Origin: an uncultured Actinomycetota bacterium
GTDB lineage: Bacteria; Actinomycetota; Acidimicrobiia; Acidimicrobiales; Bog-793
Reading direction: 5' to 3'
DNA: 64,000 bases
Assembly (NCBI GenBank): GCA_963754255.1
Contig: CAVWEW010000008.1
Coordinates: forward strand, 462,757-526,756
The notes under the pieces: generated by a model
What the model saw: only the letters and a program-made list of their open reading frames with translations
Told to the model about the DNA's origin: nothing
Databases searched by the model: none
Position numbers and translations under genes: made by a program
Shown: piece after piece, positions 58,397 through 64,000 of the stretch
How positions within the stretch are numbered: position 1 is the first letter of the stretch
How the letters are laid out: each line of letters begins with the position of its first letter

Positions 58397-61300
58397 GTGG
58401 TCGAAGACAGAGCGGGGTCGCACCCGAGACCGACCGCCAAGCCCTCCTTCGCCCACCTGCACACCCACACCGAGTTCTCCATGCTCGACGGAGCTGCCCG
58501 CATCCCCGATCTGGTGGCGGCCGCGCTCGAGGACGGCCAGCCGGCGCTGGCGATCACCGACCACGGCAACATGTACGGGGTCCTCGACTTCTACAAGCAT
58601 TGCCGGGCACAGGGGATCACCCCCATCATCGGGACCGAGGCGTACATGGCGGCCAACTCCCGCCTCGATCGCCCGGTCCGCCGTGGCCGGGTGGACGACA
58701 CCGGCGGGGACGGAGATCGGGGCGAGAAGCTCTACTACCACCTGACGGTGCTCGCCGAGACGAACACCGGCTACCGCAACCTCGTGAAGCTCTCGTCGGC
58801 TGCCTATCTCGAGGGCTACTACTACAAGCCCCGGGTCGACTGGGAGATGCTCGAGCGGTACCACGAAGGCCTCATCGCCACCACGGGTTGTCTCGGCGGA
58901 GTGGTCCTGCAGGCCCTCCTCGCCGGTGACGAGCAGAAGGCCAAAGCGCTCGCCGGCCGCCTGCAGGACATCTTCGGGCGCGAGAGCCTCTTCGTCGAGC
59001 TGCAGGATCAGGGGCTGCCGGCGCAGAGGCGGACGAACCCGCAGCTAGTCGAGATCGCCCGCTCCCTCGATGCGCCCCTTTTGGCCACCAACGACAGCCA
59101 CTACTGCCGCCGTGCTGACGCCGATGCCCACGACGCCCTGCTGTGCGTGCAGACCGGCGCGGTGCGCAGCGATCCCAACCGCTTCCACTTCGAAGGCCAG
59201 GAGCACTACCTGAAGACGGCAGGCGAGATGAGGCGGCTGTTCGCGGATCACGAGGACGCCTGCGACAACACGCTGCTCATCGCGGAGCGGGCCTCGGTGG
59301 AGATCGAGCTCGGCAAGCCGGCGCTGCCCCGCTTCCCCCTCCCGGCCGAGTTCGCCGCCTCGAGCTACGAGGAGGGGGCGGCTCGCATACCTCCGGCACC
59401 TGACCGTCTCGGGGGCCCACGACAGGTACGGCCCCACTCTCCCCGAGCCCGTCGTCGAGCGGATGGAGTTCGAGCTCGGGGTGATCGCCGAGATGGGTTT
59501 CTCGGCCTATTTCCTCGTGGTGTGGGACCTGATCCTTTACGCCCGCACCCACGGCATCCGCGTCGGCCCCGGGCGTGGCTCGGCTGCCGGCTGCCTCGTC
59601 GCCTACTGCCTGCGGATCGTCGACCTCGACCCGATCCGCTACGACCTTTTGTTCGAGCGTTTCCTCAACCCGGGCCGCAAGCAGATGCCTGACATCGACA
59701 TGGACTTCGACGAGCGCTATCGGGGCGAGATGATCCGCTACGCCGCCGAGCGCTACGGCGCCGACCACGTCGCCCAGATAGTGACCTTCTCCACGATCAA
59801 GGCCAGGGCGGCCGTGCGGGACGCCGCCCGCGTGCTCGGCAAGCCCTACCTCGTCGGCGACCGGATCGCCAAGGCGATGCCGCCGCTCGTGATGGGGCGC
59901 GACACGCCGCTCGGCGCCTGCCTCGAGAAAGTGCCCGGTCGCGAGGACGGCTATGCCGCCGCCGCCGGCCTTCGCGAGCTGTACGAGGCCGACGACGAGG
60001 CGCGTGAGGTCATCGACGTGGCCAAGGGTCTCGAGAACCTGCGCCGGCAGGACGGAATCCACGCGGCGGCCGTCGTCATCACCGACGAGCCCCTCACCGA
60101 GCACCTGCCCGTCCAGCGCAAGCCGGAACCGGGCCAGGACCCGGCCGAGGCGCCGATCGTCACCCAGTACGAGATGCACGGCGTGGAGGATCTCGGGCTT
60201 TTGAAGATGGACTTCCTCGGGCTGCGCAACCTCTCGGTGATCGAGACGGCGCTCGACCTCATCTGTCGAGTCGACCGGCAGCCGTCCGGACATCGACTCG
60301 ATCCCCCTCGACGACGGCCCGACGTTCGAGATGCTGCGGCGGGCCGACACGATCGGCGTCTTCCAGCTCGAGGGCGGCGCCATGCGGATGACCCTGCGCG
60401 CTCTCGCACCGACCTCGTTCGACGACGTGGCGGCCCTCGTCGCCCTCTACCGGCCGGGCCCGATGGCCGCCAACATGCACCGCGACTACCCCGAGCTGAA
60501 GAACGGCCGCAAGGTCATCGCCTACCCGCACCCGGATCTGGTCAAGATCCTGGCCGACACCCACGGGCTGATGCTCTACCAGGAGTCGGTGATGCGAGTC
60601 GCCCAGCACTTCGCCGGCTACAGCCTGGAGGAGGCCGACAACCTCCGCCAGGCGTGCGGCAAGAAGATCCGCCCTCTCATCGCCGCCGAGCGGGAGAAGT
60701 TCGTGAAGGGCTGCCTCGACCAGGGCTATGGCGAGGCCCTCGGGACCGAGCTGTTCGACATCATCGAGCCGTTCGCCGACTATGCCTTCGGCAAGGCCCA
60801 CTCCTACGGCTACGGGCTCATCGCCTACCAGACGGCCTGGTTGAAGGCGAACCACCCCGTCGAGTACCTCGCCGCCCTCCTCTCGTCGGTGAAGGACGAC
60901 AAGGACCGCACGGCCGTCTACCTCGCCGAGTGCCGGTCCATCGGGATCGAGGTCCGCGTGCCGGACGTGAACGTCTCCAAGTCGCACTTCAAGGCACTCT
61001 CCGAGGAGAAGGTGATCAGCTTCGGGTTGTCTGCCGTCCGCAACGTCGGCCAGGCCATCGTGGAGCTCATCGTGGCCGAACGGGAGGCGAACGGGCCCTT
61101 CGAGGACTTCTTCGACTTCTGCTGGCGGGTGGACCCGAGCGCCTTGAACAAGCGGGCCGTCGAGTCGCTCGTGAAGGCGGGCGCCTTCGACTCCTTCGGG
61201 CATCCCCGCAAGGGGTTGAGCATCGTCTGTGAGGACGTCGTCGACCGCACCCTCGCCCGCCGGAGGGAGAGGGAATACGGGGTCTCGACTCTGTTCTCGC

Positions 61301-62082
61301 TCCTCGAGAACGACGGCGAGGGGCCGGCGGGCTCCCACGCCTTCGACGACACGCGACCGCCCATCCCCGATCTCGAATTCGACAAGAACGAGCGGCTCAT
61401 CTTCGAGAAGGAGATGCTCGGCCTGTACGTGAGCGACCATCCTCTCCTCGGCCTCGAGTCCGCCCTCCGGCGCGAGGCGGAGCACAGCATCCGCTCGGTG
61501 CTCGACGCTGAAGCCGCCGCCGGGGCGGGCGTCCTCGCCGACGGGGCCGTCCTCGCCGGCGTCGCCGGCGTCGCACCCTCTGTGCAAGGTGGCGGCTGGG
61601 TCGGCTCGGTCACCACCGGGGGTGTCATCACCGCTCTCACCCGCCGCTACACCAAGCGCGGCGAGCTCATGGCCACGTTCGTTCTCGAGGATCTCGACGC
61701 CACGATCGAGGTCATGGTCTTCCCGAAGACGATGACCGAGTACGGGTGCCTGCTCGAGCAGGATGCCGTCGTCGTCGTCCGGGGCCGGGTGGACAACCGG
61801 GACGAGCAGGCCAAGCTGGTGGCGATGGAGATCCGCCGGCCGCAACTCGTGGCGCTCATGGCCGGTGCGCCGGTGGAGGTGACACTGCCCCTCCACCGGC
61901 TGACCGACTCGATGGTCCAGCAGCTCCGGGAGCTCGTCACCGAGCACCCCGGCCCGTCGCCCGTGCACCTCCGCGTGGGCCGGAAGCTGATCAAGCTCCC
62001 ACCGCAGTTCAACGTGGATCCGCAAGGAGGGATCATCGGTGCCTTGAAGGAGCTCTTCGGCACCTCCGCCGTGGCATCCTGA
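58397..62082 (+). CDS. dnaE: DNA polymerase III alpha subunit (DnaE1), two apparent +1 insertions (about 59387 and about 60264)
   Basis: Three ORF-track pieces (58397.., 59463.., 60331..) are collinear with DnaE: the PHP domain (FAHLHTHTEFSMLDGA), YLRHLTVSGAHDRYG, PDIDMDF, GIHAAAVVI, then IPLDDGPTFEMLRRADTIGVFQLEGG...YRPGPM... and an OB-fold C-terminus. The length is 3686 nt. Confidence 0.95.
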
Positions 62083-62268
62083 GTGCCCCCGGGCAGCCCG
62101 TGTGGCAGCGATGCCGCGTGATCCAATAGACTGAGCCGAAGTCCTGGGGAGTCGCTCGATCGGAATCGCTCAGCGCCGGCGAGGCGGCTGACGGCAGCAC
62201 TCGAACGTCCGGCGTCCTCATGGCTACTGCCAAACGAGGCGCGAACGCAACGGGAGCACGACAACCAC

Positions 62269-62956
62269 ATGACGAATCCCAACCCCATCGAGGTCGCCAC
62301 CAAGGACTGCACGGCACTTACGGATTCCGAGCTGGCAGAGATGGCGGACCTGTCAGCGGGTGCACGGGCGAACTGGGAGGTAGGTTTCCTCTCCAAGCAG
62401 CAGGAGGAGTGGGTGCTCGTCACCCACGCCCGGGAGGAGGACCGGCTGCGGGGATACGCACTCTCCACCCTGGAGCGGATCGGGGGCACCCCGAGCCTTC
62501 TCATCGGGTTGGCGTGCTTCACGAGGACCCGGACCGGGCAGTCCGGCCCTGGAGGCGGTCATGCACGACCTCTACCGGAGGGCTGTGCTGGCTTTCCCCG
62601 ACGAGGACGTGCTCGTGGGGACGCGCTTTGCCTGCGCCTCGGGATATGCGGCTTTTGCCGGTCTCGATGACATCGTCCCGAGGCCCGATCACAAGGCGAC
62701 GGGGGAAGAGCGCGCCTGGGGGCGTCGTCTCGCCAAGCGCTTCGGCTTCGAAGGCCACCTCGACGACAGGAGCTTTGTCATCAACGGCGATGGAGACCTG
62801 ATGGGCCTGCTCGACTTCGAGCCCACGAGGCCGCCGAAGGATGCCGAGCGGTTCGACCAGTGTTTCGAGCCCCTCGACACCGAGCGGCACGACACGCTCG
62901 TCGCCTTCGGGTGGGCGATGGCCGAGGCGTTGGCGGAGGGATCCCTGCCTCGCTGA
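62269..62956 (+). CDS. hypothetical protein, apparent frameshift(s) around 62520-62560
   Basis: ORF 62269..62670 (MTNPNPIEVATKDCTALTDSELAEMADLSAG...) turns Arg/Gly-rich after ..GLACF. ORF 62561..62956 (MHDLYRRAVLAFPDEDVLVGTRF...) continues with coding-like sequence. I recognise no family. Confidence 0.45.
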
Positions 62957-63077
62957 CAAAGGCAGCTGGCTGTCGAGATTGTCGCCCACAGCGGCTGGCA
63001 GCCCCGGATTCCCGACGGTAGGAGCAGCAGAAGTTGGTCCCGCCCCGCCGCCGGGTATCCGCCTGCCGGTGAACGAC

Positions 63078-63945
63078 ATGCCGGCCGGCCCGTCCGAGGC
63101 GCAGTTACCGCCGGCGAAGCGGGTGGCCCTCGTCCTCGGCGCAGGCGGCCTGGTCGGTGTGGCGCATCACGTCGGTGTCCTGGCGGCGCTCGAGGATGAA
63201 CTCGGGTTCCGCCACGACCAGGCAGATGTGCTCATCGGGACCTCCGCCGGAAGTGCGATCGCCGCCTATTTGGCGAGCGGCTGGAGCACGACACAGCTGA
63301 TGGAGATGGCGCCCGAGCTGCACCGGGCCGCCCCCGGGCCCGTCGTGCCGGCGGCCCGCTCGAAGCTTCTTCCGCCGGGGGATCGGGTCGGCCTACGTGG
63401 TGGCGCGCGCGACGGTCCGGGTGCCGTCGTTGCTCTCGTTGCCGCCGGTCGGGTTCCTCCGGCGAGCCTTCCCCGCCGGCCTCGTCACGATGGGTGAGGG
63501 GAGCAGCATCCTCGAAAGGGATCTCCCACGGAGCTGGCCCGACCGTCAGCTGTGGCTCGCCGCCTACGACCTCGTGAGGCGGTGCAGGGTCGTGCTCGGC
63601 CGGCCGGGCTCCCCCTACACGGCGCTTCCGGCGGCCGTGCGGGCTTCATGTGCCATTCCCGGCGTCTATGCGCCCGTGCGTGCCGGCGACACCGTTCTCG
63701 TCGACGGCGGGGCATGGTCCCTCACCAATGTCGACCTCGTGGCGCTCGCCGGATGCGACACCGCAATCTGCGTGGCCCCGATGGCCTACGACCTGGCCCG
63801 GCCTCCCGAGGGACGGGATCGCCTCGTCCGGGAGGTCGCCACTCGCATGCTCGCCCGCTCGACGGAGCGCCTGCGCCGCCTCGGCGTCAAGGTCGTGACG
63901 ATCGCGCCGGGGCCGGCCGAGGTGGCCGTGCAGGGCTCAACCTGA
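63078..63945 (+). CDS. patatin-like phospholipase (second copy in the window), apparent frameshift near 63345 and possibly another at 63935
   Basis: ATG 63078 gives MPAGPSEAQLPPAKRVALVLGAGGLVGVAHHVG...LIGTSAGS (oxyanion and GxSxG motifs). The frame of ORF 63397..63945 has ..FPAGL...CAIPGVYAPV...LVDGGAWS (catalytic DGG). After 63945 a coding-like frame (GLNLMRANGLDAVGAVAYEE) runs to the window end. Confidence 0.75.
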
Positions 63946-64000
63946 TGCGGGCGAACGGGCTCGACGCCGTGGGCGCCGTAGCCTACGAAGAGACAATCCG

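Noticed and set aside
59277-62025. Two long minus-strand ORFs (59277..60383, 368 aa, and 60259..62025, 588 aa).
   Set aside because: They are antisense to dnaE, have low-complexity Arg/Gly/Val/Glu composition, and contain no motifs. They are shadow ORFs.
58397-62082. The frame breaks in dnaE might have been programmed frameshifts or an intein.
   Set aside because: There is no slippery heptamer or extra inserted domain. The protein sequence is continuous across each break, and identical-looking breaks occur in many unrelated genes. Sequence error is more likely.

Overview
This is a GC-rich, actinobacterium-type chromosomal window. Marker genes are the histidine-phosphatase/DUF3090/SCO1664 triad, the Bpa proteasome activator, GuaB and DnaE1. 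There is no rRNA and no CRISPR array, and one tRNA (Arg-CCT). 0-13.8 kb holds a Fur-family regulator and a peptide/amide-catabolism neighbourhood: a D-aminoacylase-like amidohydrolase, two CocE/NonD hydrolase paralogs, a family-5 solute-binding lipoprotein plus an internally deleted paralog remnant, a nucleoside hydrolase and esterases. 13.8-23.6 kb is an accessory stretch. It holds a secreted Cys-pair repeat protein and a ~7 kb segment (SRPBCC, two VOC proteins, patatin, SDR, zinc-ribbon membrane protein, intact IS481-family element) bracketed by copies of the 3' end of tRNA-Arg. 23.8-43.2 kb holds housekeeping genes and conserved clusters: PPK2, ABC-2 exporter, guaB, MBL hydrolase, DEAD-box helicase, LLM oxidoreductase, Bcp, a DUF4129/MoxR/DUF58 operon, an FrhB-type protein, UDG and a GGDEF cyclase. 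43.9-57.0 kb is a secretin-less type IV pilus locus: two tandem prepilins, PilB, an N-terminally extended PilT-like ATPase, PilC, a PilM-PilN fusion with a 27-bp tandem array, PilO, PilD and a second PilT. An IS256 transposase fragment and an AadA-like nucleotidyltransferase sit at the 3' end of the pilus operon. Bpa, dnaE and a second patatin follow. I count about 20 or more apparent single-base frame changes in about 15 otherwise well-conserved genes, including guaB and dnaE. Many ORF-track entries are therefore fragments of one gene, and I merged them. All product calls come from reading motifs by eye; no database search was run.
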